Assembly (NCBI GenBank): GCA_964652975.1
Contig: CAZZCN010000001.1
Span: forward strand, 27,191-91,190
DNA: 64,000 nt
Reading direction: 5' to 3'
Source of the DNA: an uncultured Oscillospiraceae bacterium
GTDB taxonomy: Bacteria; Bacillota; Clostridia; Saccharofermentanales; UBA5734
Shown: one piece after another, positions 1 through 9,084 of the stretch
How the letters are laid out: each line of letters opens with the position of its first letter
How positions within the stretch are numbered: position 1 is the first letter of the stretch
Translations under genes and position numbers: made by a program
The notes under the pieces: model-generated
The model's input: the letters and a program-made list of their open reading frames with translations, nothing else
Databases searched by the model: none
What the model was told of the DNA's origin: nothing

Positions 1-621
1 AAAAAGATCAGAATTGTTATCATATAATCCAACAAAACTTTTAAAATAAGAAAAATCCTTTGAAAACTCATTGTTGATAAACTCTATATAAAGCCTCGCT
101 TTATCTCTGTTTGCCAATCCTTGCATAACAGCAACCATATTAATCGTATCATAAAGCACTCTGTCCTCTACACCGGCAGCTTTTGCTTCAGTAATGACTG
201 CTTTTAGATTAAAATAATATAAGACATTATCATTATAAGCAATACCGGCATCATCTGCTGCAATCGAAAACAATTTTTCTATAGGGGCTGTCATTTTAGC
301 CAATGTAATATTCTCCACAATAGGTTCTGTGCTTTTGTGAGACACAGTTATTGCTGAGCTTTCTTCTTCTGAAGAAGAATTCATCCATTCGCTTGATGTG
401 GTGTTGACAACACTTGATGTATTGCTGACAATACTTGAGGAGGAGATATCAGCACTTGAATTCTCTGTTGTAGAATTTCCCATTTGAGAAGATGCCTCCG
501 TAATATTTGAACTCGAATTTGCAATTGAAGATGAATCGGGTATAACTTTATCAGTCCCGCAAGACACTAAAATTATTATCATCGTAAGTATAAAAGCAGT
601 CAATTGAACTATTTTTCTCAT
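1..621 (-). CDS. Lipoprotein, probable GxGYxYP-family putative glycoside hydrolase (3' part outside the window; not in the ORF track)
   Basis: Manual translation from ATG 621 (GGAG RBS): MRKIVQLTAFILTMIIILVSC (lipobox), Ser-rich linker, then ...VAVMQGLANRDKARLYI, resembling the LQGLVNRxxPRLY motif of GxGYxYP N-terminal domains. Frame is open to position 1. Confidence 0.7.
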   Translation of the reverse strand, partial: MRKIVQLTAFILTMIIILVSCGTDKVIPDSSSIANSSSNITEASSQMGNSTTENSSADISSSSIVSNTSSVVNTTSSEWMNSSSEEESSAITVSHKSTEPIVENITLAKMTAPIEKLFSIAADDAGIAYNDNVLYYFNLKAVITEAKAAGVEDRVLYDTINMVAVMQGLANRDKARLYIEFINNEFSKDFSYFKSFVGLYDNNSDLF

Positions 622-674
622 ATTATTGCTCCATTTCTTCGTAATTTCATTGCGATAGCAATTTTCAAATCACT

Positions 675-2168
675 CTATTTTATCTTGTCAATTGCAGCAT
701 TAATCTTTGGAGTCATTTCCTGAACAACTGACGACCAGGGCTTTGAATCATACAGCACATTTCCCCAGAGTGACCAATAATAAAGTTCAGGCTGGAAACG
801 ATCAAAATATTGAATTACCGGATATGCATTCAGTCTTTGGTGCTCAAATTGATCATTTAGTACTTTCTTAAATGCTTTCATTGAAGCAGTATCAACACTT
901 TGAGCATCTTTTGTCAGCAGTCTTTCAGACAGCTGTGGCACAGTTGCAATCTCGACAGCTGCAATATAATCAGCAGCTGCGTTTGGGTTTGCAGCACCCT
1001 TTAAAATGATAAAACCCTTAATATATGATGGAACATAAGGTTTGTCTGCTTTCGGATCACGAGGCATCGGAGCATAACCCAGATTCTTGTTTTCAATCAT
1101 ATCAGGTAAATAGATATGAGGCGCGCCAATTATTAACATACCGATTTTCCCTTGTCGCATTCTGCTTAGTTCATCATTAAAATCCAACTTGGTTGTTACA
1201 TTGTTTTTTGCCGGACCTAAAGACTGTAAAAAGCTTACCGCTCTTTGAAGGTTCGGGTTGTTTAAATTAAGTGTATAGCCCGATTCATTAACAGAAATAT
1301 AGTCCTTGCCACTTGTTAATAGCAATCCATCCCAATAAGCGCTCTGGGCTCCCCACATATCTACGATACCATCACTGTCGATGTCCTGTGTGAGCTGCTT
1401 TGCATAATCAAGGAAAGTATCCCATGTCCATTTTCCGTTATAATACTGTGTTAATGGCTCTGTAAGTCCTGCATCCTTCATAACCTTTTTGTTATATGCA
1501 ATACCGTTGCTGGCAGTACATTCTGTAACAATAAACGAATTTTTTCCGTTATATTTTACAAGGGCCTGTGAATTTTTATTTCTCTGCCACAATGGAGCAT
1601 TTAAATCCATTATTTTTCCTGCATCTTGTGCTAAATCTGCTTTTAGAACCATTGGCCAATTACGGGATGCTTCCACATAAGCGGCATCTGCTGGATTGCC
1701 CGATGCTTTCATAGCTGCAAGCTTTTGATTCATTGTCAATGAATCCACTATTGTGTAGCTGACGTCACCGCTATATAGTGATTTATATGCCTTTGTCCAA
1801 TCTGTAACCCATTGCGACTTTGAATCCCATGGAATTACAACTTTAATTTTTTTGTTCGTTCCGGTATTGTAATTCGGAACAGTTACCTTGCTATAATCTA
1901 TACTGACCCCGATACCGGCACCTGGATCAAATTTTGTATTTGAAACAGACTTGCTCGAATTTGCTGTAGATGCAGCATTTGAAGAAGTACCTTCTTGTGA
2001 AGAGCCACTATCTAAATATTCATCGTCCGAAGAAGCACTGCTGCTTTCAGAAGTCGTAGAAAGAGTTGTTGAGATGGGTGTCGATGATGTTGTTGTCGGT
2101 TTTGGTTTGCAGGATATAACATTAAATAGCAATGCTAAACATAATAAACCAGTGATAATTTTTTTCAT
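675..2168 (-). CDS. Carbohydrate ABC transporter solute-binding lipoprotein
   Basis: Lipobox VISC, S/T linker, SBP_bac_1-like motifs (YNKKVMKDAGL, WTWDTFLDYAKQLT, DSDGIVDMWG). Confidence 0.88.
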   Translation of the reverse strand: MKKIITGLLCLALLFNVISCKPKPTTTSSTPISTTLSTTSESSSASSDDEYLDSGSSQEGTSSNAASTANSSKSVSNTKFDPGAGIGVSIDYSKVTVPNYNTGTNKKIKVVIPWDSKSQWVTDWTKAYKSLYSGDVSYTIVDSLTMNQKLAAMKASGNPADAAYVEASRNWPMVLKADLAQDAGKIMDLNAPLWQRNKNSQALVKYNGKNSFIVTECTASNGIAYNKKVMKDAGLTEPLTQYYNGKWTWDTFLDYAKQLTQDIDSDGIVDMWGAQSAYWDGLLLTSGKDYISVNESGYTLNLNNPNLQRAVSFLQSLGPAKNNVTTKLDFNDELSRMRQGKIGMLIIGAPHIYLPDMIENKNLGYAPMPRDPKADKPYVPSYIKGFIILKGAANPNAAADYIAAVEIATVPQLSERLLTKDAQSVDTASMKAFKKVLNDQFEHQRLNAYPVIQYFDRFQPELYYWSLWGNVLYDSKPWSSVVQEMTPKINAAIDKIK

Positions 2169-2175
2169 GATAAAT

Positions 2176-4638
2176 TCACCTCCAAAATATATTTTTCTTT
2201 TTCTTAATATTTAAAGCAACAAAAAAACTGCTGCATATTACTATTGCTAAAACATAGCCTAAAATATCAGTATCACCGGTGTTCGGATTATTCGCGGTTT
2301 TGCCTGACTTTGCGAATACAAAATATCCAAACTCCGTAGCATCAAAGCTATAATATCCGTTAGCACTACCCATATTAATCTTTTCTAATGTGTTTTTAGA
2401 TATATTATAATAAAACAAATCATAATCGCCCGTTAACAGCTGAGCTGGAATAGCCATTTTTACATTGACAATCCCGTTGCTATTCAATGTGATTTCCTTT
2501 TGTCTTTGGTCATATATCGTAATATAATATAATGAAAAACTTCTGTTCTTCATATAAATATTTGAATATATCGAATCAAATACCGAGCCTCCCTCCACAG
2601 TATCAGCGCCTAGACGAAGCTGATTTACTCCGATTGGCAGAGAGACGGAAGTTGTCTTGACTGTTATATCAAAATCTGTGTTTTTGGCTGCAAATATTTT
2701 TTCGGTTGTATCTGCATCGCTTGGAATTACAATATTGGTTCCATCATAAGTAATGGTTTCCAAAATGCCGATATACAATAAAAAGCATCCTATTTCCTTG
2801 TTTTTTGGATCTGAGCTTGAAACTCTTATGTAAACTTCTCTTGTGGGATTATCTGTTAAAAAACCACTCAAATCAGCATTATATGCCCCATAATTTGTCA
2901 GGTCTTTTATTCCGTTTGCTTCCGCTAAAATTTTTGTCCACTTTATTCCGTCCTTTGACGCTTCGAATTTATACAAGTTTCCTGCTGAAACGTTTAGTTT
3001 TACGTCTTTAGCCGTAGTGTCAACCTTAAATTTATATACTAAAGTGTTTTCACCAATAATACCGCGCATTGGATTGCCAAAAAAGTCACCTGGAATAGTG
3101 CCACTGTCTGATTGCAGATAATCCATTTCATTAATAGAATTTGGAGCAAATCCTATATCTATAGTTGTTTGGCTACCCACAGGAGGTAGTACTAATAATG
3201 GGTCCTTTTCCAGATCTACTGCATCTGGCACTCGTCCATCAGCAAAGTAAGTCAAGGTTAGTTTTGACAGAATTGTCCCCCACCCGTCATCGATAGTTGG
3301 GTCAGCAAGTTTAATATATAATGTTTTATTTTCATTATTTTGTAAAAATCTTGAAAGCCGTAATTTACGGGTTGTCTTATTAATTCCATTTACGTCCTTG
3401 GTATAAGCTCGTGCAATTCTTTCATAATTGACATTATCCGAAGACACAAACACACTATACTCATCACTCATTGCTAAAGCTATGTTTGCAACTGTTGTAT
3501 TATCCGGTAAATCAAATTTGTAAGTAAAATAATCGTCATTTGTTGAGAATCGAAATCCCTGACCTGCACCGGTGTCATTTGTAATATGATACAGGTAATC
3601 TGTTTCAAAAGTTGAATTCGGAGTAAATGAAATCGCCTGTAACGGGTCATAAATTTCATCTGCATTTACAGTATCCCCGGCGTCCTTTGATAAATCCATA
3701 AAATAGTTGATTTGAATATCCCGCATTGCCAATGCACCACCGGTATATACCTTTATAAATACAGTTTTTTCATCATTATTTGTAAGAATGCCGGAGTTAT
3801 CTCCCCCCGCAATTATATTATTACCCTGCGGTGTGGAAGCCATTACAAATTTATCCATCCAATTTACAGCGTCCTTGGACACTGCAAACTTGACATTCCC
3901 CCAGCAAAAGGAGTTAATTGTAAAATTTGTTGTATTATTCGGCAAATCAAAACAATATACCAAATTGCCTCCGCCCCATATGTTTCTTTGAGAAATACCA
4001 CTACTATCCGAGCTATAACCGGCATCACCATCACTGCTGTATGAGTATAATCTAATAAACTCATCCGAAGTACCGACTATAACTTTTTTTGAAAGCATTG
4101 GTTGTGTTGTCGAAGATTGTTCCTGCTTAAACCCTGTTATATAGTTTACTACAAAACTTCCAAAGCTATATCCGCCTTCCGAACTGTCTGCAGCAAAAAC
4201 TCTGACATATATCATTTTGCTTGGATTATTTACCAAAAAATTCTGATTAAAAGGGGTATATATCAAATCTAAAGAATCATAATCAGTCGCATACCAGGTT
4301 TCTTTATCGCTTGATACATCCACTCGTCCGTTTGCAAAGCCATAGGCGTTAAATGCTGCATTAATGCAGTTATCGGGTAGGTCTATAACATATGTAATAG
4401 AGTTGTCCAGGGCGACATTCCGCCAGGTCTGCCCCCAAGCCAATACAAATGTTGAAGTATTTTCGCTATCAACATCAATATAGGATGAGTCAGAGGTTTT
4501 ACCTCCGTTATAGACAATCAACTGCTTCATTGAAGATTGCACTTTTACGCTTGCGTGTAAAAATGTTGAAAACGGCAAGGAAATGACTATCATTAAAACC
4601 GTCAAAAATAATGAGCACACTTTTTTAAATATCAACAT
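2176..4638 (-). CDS. Cell-wall-anchored protein with four copies of an uncharacterised beta-rich module (module A)
   Basis: Start placed at ATG 4638 (GAGGAG RBS). Signal peptide; 4x YxxDLPxN...(V)SxDxxxW...FLxNNxxKxxYI/VK; C-terminal NPNTGD + hydrophobic helix + KKKK sorting signal. Confidence 0.8.
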   Translation of the reverse strand: MLIFKKVCSLFLTVLMIVISLPFSTFLHASVKVQSSMKQLIVYNGGKTSDSSYIDVDSENTSTFVLAWGQTWRNVALDNSITYVIDLPDNCINAAFNAYGFANGRVDVSSDKETWYATDYDSLDLIYTPFNQNFLVNNPSKMIYVRVFAADSSEGGYSFGSFVVNYITGFKQEQSSTTQPMLSKKVIVGTSDEFIRLYSYSSDGDAGYSSDSSGISQRNIWGGGNLVYCFDLPNNTTNFTINSFCWGNVKFAVSKDAVNWMDKFVMASTPQGNNIIAGGDNSGILTNNDEKTVFIKVYTGGALAMRDIQINYFMDLSKDAGDTVNADEIYDPLQAISFTPNSTFETDYLYHITNDTGAGQGFRFSTNDDYFTYKFDLPDNTTVANIALAMSDEYSVFVSSDNVNYERIARAYTKDVNGINKTTRKLRLSRFLQNNENKTLYIKLADPTIDDGWGTILSKLTLTYFADGRVPDAVDLEKDPLLVLPPVGSQTTIDIGFAPNSINEMDYLQSDSGTIPGDFFGNPMRGIIGENTLVYKFKVDTTAKDVKLNVSAGNLYKFEASKDGIKWTKILAEANGIKDLTNYGAYNADLSGFLTDNPTREVYIRVSSSDPKNKEIGCFLLYIGILETITYDGTNIVIPSDADTTEKIFAAKNTDFDITVKTTSVSLPIGVNQLRLGADTVEGGSVFDSIYSNIYMKNRSFSLYYITIYDQRQKEITLNSNGIVNVKMAIPAQLLTGDYDLFYYNISKNTLEKINMGSANGYYSFDATEFGYFVFAKSGKTANNPNTGDTDILGYVLAIVICSSFFVALNIKKKKNIFWR

Positions 4639-4688
4639 AAATATATCTCTCCTCACCAATAAAATTACTGTCATTTTGTCTTTTTGTT

Positions 4689-4726
4689 TTGATACATAGC
4701 GGATAATCTCATCCGCTATGTATCAA
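4689..4726 (-). other. Perfect 16-bp intergenic stem-loop with no U-tract on the coding strand (RNA stabiliser, processing site or weak terminator)
   Basis: TTGATACATAGCGGAT-aatctc-ATCCGCTATGTATCAA; followed on the minus strand by A-rich sequence. Confidence 0.75.
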
Positions 4727-4748
4727 TTTAATTATATGCTATTTCGTG

Positions 4749-6974
4749 TTACTGAACAATTAATGCAATTCCCAAAATGTCTTTCTTAACTGACAATAGA
4801 TCGCTTATAGAAACCTTGCCATCATTGTTGATGTCTGCCGCTGATTCATAAGCACCAGACAGTGCAGTAATTTTGAGTAAATGCGCCTTTGCTGCTGCCA
4901 GGTCTGTCAGACCAATGACACCTTCACCTGTAATATCTCCTTTAATCACAATTGTATAGGAGCTCACAGAATCGCCAATAAAATATTGCACAACATTTCC
5001 TGTTCCAAGTTTATCGGTTGCCAACAACGCATCATTAATACCATAAGGTGGTTTTTTAACTTCATATTCTGCCAATAACGGCATAGTTTCAGATTTAAAT
5101 TCCCCTGCCGTTTTACCGGGGTTTACTTTTGTTAACTGCCTATGCATGTTGTATTCCACATAAAAGCCCCCAACAATAGTTCCGGCTGCATTTAATGAAG
5201 TAAGCTTAACATAAATAACCTTGGTTGGATTGCCATCTAAAAAGGTTTGGTTTGAGGAAGTGAAGTAATAGCTTCCCAAGCCAGCATTTGCGGTGGTAGT
5301 GCTTGATACCCAGTTGCTCTTGTCCTTTGAAATTTCCACGACAAGGTCACCATTATTAAAAGTATTGAAATTAACATTGCTGCAGGCATCCGGCAAATCA
5401 ATTCTATAAATCAAGGATGCAGTCGTGTTATTTTGAATCAGTCTCCAATAATTTTGAACCGCCCAAGATGGATTCCAAAAAATTGACTCTGTTGCAGAAT
5501 CAACAAATTCTGTGTCTATCAATCCTTTCGATTCGCCCAAAACAAGTACGGCATCGGTTGTAGCACCTAATTGTGAATTGGTGCCAACGGTATAACTACT
5601 CAATTTGGCACTTGCATTTGCAGAAAAACCAACACTTCTGATAGCTAACCAATTATCTGCGTCAAGATTGTCTTTTCCCGATGCAAATTTTACAAAAATA
5701 ACCTTATTTGGATTTCCTGAGAAAAAATCACCCTGGCTGCTTCTACCTACGGAATAAACATTCTGAGCAAGGTTAATTTTGTTGCTGGTAAATGTCGGGA
5801 CCCAGTTTATATTGTCCTTTGACACAGATACATCGACATATCCCCATAGAAATGAATTCAGAACGAAAGACTCCGTATCATCAGGTAAATCAAGACGATA
5901 AGTCAGAGAAGAAGCCAAAAGAGATTTTTGGTTATCTGCTGCAAATATATATGGGCCTGCTGTTTCATATAATCTTGATGATTCGTTTAGTGTTGTAACA
6001 TTAAATGTGCCCGAATAAGAATTTTCTGAAGCATATGCAATAAACCCAAAACTGGACATAGCCATCGCACCGCCAGATGAAACTTTGATATAAACAACCT
6101 TGTCAGCATTATTAGTCAAAAAGTCTCCGTTTATACTGCTTCCAACTAAATTCAACTGCTGTGGAGCTTCAGCATTGGCATAAGTTTGTGTCCAATTTGT
6201 ATTGTCTTTGGAAATGTTTACAATTACATTGCCCCAACAAACTGCATTTAATTTGAAGAAACCTGTATCATTTGGTAAATCCAGTCGATAGGTTACATAG
6301 CCACCACCCCAGATATTCCACTGACCACCAGAAACAGTGGCATCACCACCGGTTGAATTTGAAAATACCCGTCCTGTTTCCGCAATAGAACCAGCTGTAA
6401 AGGTTGCATTATATGCTGGCTCTTCGCCTGTCTGATAATTTAAGTTAAACGCGGAATAGAAAAATGTACTTGCAGCCCCGGAGTGAGAAACCTTTACATA
6501 AATTGTTTTTGTTGGATTATTTGACAAAAAGCTTTGATTTTGCGGTGTGAAATAAAGCCAGCCACTGGCGGTTTCGGAAGTTGTTGCCGGCGTCCAGGTT
6601 GTCTTGTCTTTTGAAATTTCAATTATGCCATTTGCGCCTTCCCATAGTTGGTAGGCTTGAATATTGCTGATATTCACTGTATTATCAGGAAGAGTATATT
6701 TATAAGTTACCGATTGTACTCCGAAAACTTGTCGCCAACTTTCCCAGATAACATCCGAGGTGTTTGTGCTTTCTGAATCAAAATAGGCTGCATCACCTGG
6801 TATAGTTAAAGCAACCACCTTATTAATCGGTGTTGCCTCGGCACCAACGGATACACTAAACGATGAAAAAATCGAAATAAGCATAAGAAGTGCCAAAAAT
6901 GCCGAAATAATCTTTTTTGTTTTTAACATTTGAATTTCTCCTTTTCTGTTTTTTACATTTTCTGTTTTTAACAT
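4749..6974 (-). CDS. Secreted protein: 4x module A, pre-dockerin module and type-I-like dockerin
   Basis: Signal peptide; four YxxxLPxD/N..SKD..W..NxxKxxY/FxK repeats; C-terminal GDITGEGVIGLTDL...AADINNDGKVSISDL duplicated loop. Two in-frame RBS/ATG (6974, 6929). Confidence 0.82.
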   Translation of the reverse strand: MLKTENVKNRKGEIQMLKTKKIISAFLALLMLISIFSSFSVSVGAEATPINKVVALTIPGDAAYFDSESTNTSDVIWESWRQVFGVQSVTYKYTLPDNTVNISNIQAYQLWEGANGIIEISKDKTTWTPATTSETASGWLYFTPQNQSFLSNNPTKTIYVKVSHSGAASTFFYSAFNLNYQTGEEPAYNATFTAGSIAETGRVFSNSTGGDATVSGGQWNIWGGGYVTYRLDLPNDTGFFKLNAVCWGNVIVNISKDNTNWTQTYANAEAPQQLNLVGSSINGDFLTNNADKVVYIKVSSGGAMAMSSFGFIAYASENSYSGTFNVTTLNESSRLYETAGPYIFAADNQKSLLASSLTYRLDLPDDTESFVLNSFLWGYVDVSVSKDNINWVPTFTSNKINLAQNVYSVGRSSQGDFFSGNPNKVIFVKFASGKDNLDADNWLAIRSVGFSANASAKLSSYTVGTNSQLGATTDAVLVLGESKGLIDTEFVDSATESIFWNPSWAVQNYWRLIQNNTTASLIYRIDLPDACSNVNFNTFNNGDLVVEISKDKSNWVSSTTTANAGLGSYYFTSSNQTFLDGNPTKVIYVKLTSLNAAGTIVGGFYVEYNMHRQLTKVNPGKTAGEFKSETMPLLAEYEVKKPPYGINDALLATDKLGTGNVVQYFIGDSVSSYTIVIKGDITGEGVIGLTDLAAAKAHLLKITALSGAYESAADINNDGKVSISDLLSVKKDILGIALIVQ

Positions 6975-6989
6975 TTGAATTTCTCCTTT
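6918..6989 (-). repeat. Direct duplication (45-nt period) of RBS plus start codon
   Basis: AAAGGAGAAATTCAAATGTTAAAAACA occurs twice on the minus strand; translation reads KGEIQMLKT twice. Confidence 0.9.
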
Positions 6990-7093
6990 CAAATAATACC
7001 ATGATCGCCTGCCGACCCTAATAGAATCTTTTTGCCTTAACCCGAAAAGTTTCCCTAAGCCATATAACCCCTCCTTTTAGCCTTTAGCTTCCA

Positions 7094-8116
7094 TTAACCA
7101 ACTATTCCTGTTCTTTCTATGCTTTCTGTAAAATAACGCTGCAATAAAATATATATAATCAGTAAAGGTAGAATTGCAAGCATTGCACTTGCCATTGTCT
7201 GAGTAATCACATCATACGGATTGGATGTATTCAAGCCTGATCCTAAAAGCATTTTAATGTTTTGCAAAACCTTTGATACTACCGGCAGATTGTTGAAATA
7301 CATTGAATTGTAGAAAAAGTCATTCCAATACCATACAACAGAAAAGAGTGTAACAGTTAAAAATGGCGCTGAGGAACTTGGCAGCATAATCCGAAAGAAA
7401 GTATGCACCCTGCCACAGCCATCAATATAGGCTGCATCTTCCAATTCTTTTGGTAATCCTTTAAAAAACTGGATGAATATAAAGACAAACAAACCACCTT
7501 TAATCCCTTGCGCAAAAAGAGCCGGCAAAAAATAGGCTGCCATCTGGTCAATCAGAGATATTGTAATGGCCTTCCCCGTAAAAAGTCCTATTAAGCTACC
7601 TATTCCAAAAAAGTCAAAGCTTATAAAATTGACATACGATGGAATGATTATGGTAAGGGGCGGAACGATTATCGAGAAAAGCAAAAGTGAAAAAAGCAGT
7701 CCTTTAAAACGAAATTTGAAACGGGCAAATCCATATCCGGCAAGGCTACACGATATCAGCTGTAAAACTGTGCAGACTATTGTTATTTCCCCGGTAGTCA
7801 ATGCTATACTTAGAAAGTTCAGCTTTTCTATAACCTTTTGAAAATTTTCCAAAGTAAAATGCCTGGGTATCCAGACTACGGTGGGATCGAAAATCTCCTT
7901 TGGAATACGAAGAGAAATACTTAGCATAATCAGCAAAGGATATAAAAGCACAACGCTCAAACAAACAAGAAATACAAACCTGATAACAGCTATAATCATC
8001 AGACGAAGCGCTTTTGAACGTCTAAATACATTACTTCCGACATTCGTATCATACTGAAATAATTTTTTGTATTTATTTATTTTATGGGGTATATCTATAA
8101 GTCTTCTTATGTCCAT
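7094..8116 (-). CDS. Carbohydrate ABC transporter permease (MalG-like)
   Basis: EAA-loop variant PKELEDAAYIDG, YWNDFF, LQRYFTESIERTG; start moved to RBS-supported ATG 8116. Confidence 0.92.
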   Translation of the reverse strand: MDIRRLIDIPHKINKYKKLFQYDTNVGSNVFRRSKALRLMIIAVIRFVFLVCLSVVLLYPLLIMLSISLRIPKEIFDPTVVWIPRHFTLENFQKVIEKLNFLSIALTTGEITIVCTVLQLISCSLAGYGFARFKFRFKGLLFSLLLFSIIVPPLTIIIPSYVNFISFDFFGIGSLIGLFTGKAITISLIDQMAAYFLPALFAQGIKGGLFVFIFIQFFKGLPKELEDAAYIDGCGRVHTFFRIMLPSSSAPFLTVTLFSVVWYWNDFFYNSMYFNNLPVVSKVLQNIKMLLGSGLNTSNPYDVITQTMASAMLAILPLLIIYILLQRYFTESIERTGIVG

Positions 8117-8177
8117 CAGTAAAACCGATCCTTTCTTCAAAATGCTGCTCAAAACCTAAAAGGTAAATACAAATCTT

Positions 8178-9083
8178 TTATGTGCTAATCCTTCTGTTTA
8201 TAACAAAATATACTATGATAATTACAATAAATATAATAATAAAATAAATAAGGGCGAGAGCTGAACTATAGTCGATATTCAGGCTTTGAGCATATGTCAA
8301 TATCAACTTCATGACTGAATTTGTATAATCTGTAAATTCATCAATAATGGTGTATATAATATTCAAAAGTATCATAGGTATTATCATAGGAAACGTTACC
8401 CTCCAAAACTCCTCCCATTTGGTGGCACCTTCTACGCTGGCCGCCTCATAAAGTTGCTTTGGGACTGTTTGCAGTCCTGCCAAAAAGAGAAGAATTTGAA
8501 TGCCGGATTTCCAGGAAAGGCTGAAAATATTATTTACCAGATTTAAGATCATAGTAACAATGCTATTATCAAAACCTGAACTCATAAGTATTTTTTGTAG
8601 CCCTGAAGCTTGAAACAAAATTGAATTTCTATCTCCCGAAAGGAGCATTTTTGCCATTTCGTTGCTGTTAAGCATATCTATTATAACTCCACTGGCAATG
8701 ATTACAGGTAGAAAATATACTGCTCTGAAAAAAGTCCGGCCTCTGAATTTCCCGTTTAAAAGCATCGCAATGAAAAGAGAAAAGAAAAGAATTATTACAA
8801 CACGGCTTGCCATAGATACCAGGGATTCAGTTAAATCCCGAACAAATTGTGGATCCTCCGTAAATGCCTTCATGTAATTGGCAGCTCCAATAAACCTATA
8901 GCTTATACCACCACCATCTGGAAAACTTATTTTATTAAAGGAAAAGATGATTGCTTGAACAAAAGGCTTTGCAAAAAAGAAAACAAACCCAATCAGCCAT
9001 GGCAGAACAAACATAAGCCCTGCTAATTCATTTTTCCTTTCATAGGATGTTTTGCGTCTGATTTTTTTAAATGAATTCAACAA
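8178..9083 (-). CDS. Carbohydrate ABC transporter permease (MalF-like)
   Basis: LAGLQTVPKQLYEAASVEGA, FVLPWLIGF; start uncertain (TTG about 9083/9080). Confidence 0.92.
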   Translation of the reverse strand: MLNSFKKIRRKTSYERKNELAGLMFVLPWLIGFVFFFAKPFVQAIIFSFNKISFPDGGGISYRFIGAANYMKAFTEDPQFVRDLTESLVSMASRVVIILFFSLFIAMLLNGKFRGRTFFRAVYFLPVIIASGVIIDMLNSNEMAKMLLSGDRNSILFQASGLQKILMSSGFDNSIVTMILNLVNNIFSLSWKSGIQILLFLAGLQTVPKQLYEAASVEGATKWEEFWRVTFPMIIPMILLNIIYTIIDEFTDYTNSVMKLILTYAQSLNIDYSSALALIYFIIIFIVIIIVYFVINRRIST

Positions 9084-9084
9084 C

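Noticed and set aside
2290-2700. Wall-proximal domain of the 832-aa ORF as a cohesin or a GAIN/GPS-like autoproteolytic domain
   Set aside because: No cohesin pattern recognised, and the end reads ATEFGYF, lacking the H-F-S nucleophile motif. A structure prediction is needed to exclude this fully.
2176-6974. SxDxxxW in module A read as sialidase Asp-boxes
   Set aside because: One per ~140-aa module in a beta-sandwich-like context, not propeller spacing, and no catalytic motifs.
6995-7090. Possible c-di-GMP or other riboswitch upstream of the dockerin gene
   Set aside because: GGCAAA and GGAAA words are present, but I could not build the GEMM P1/P2 pairing.
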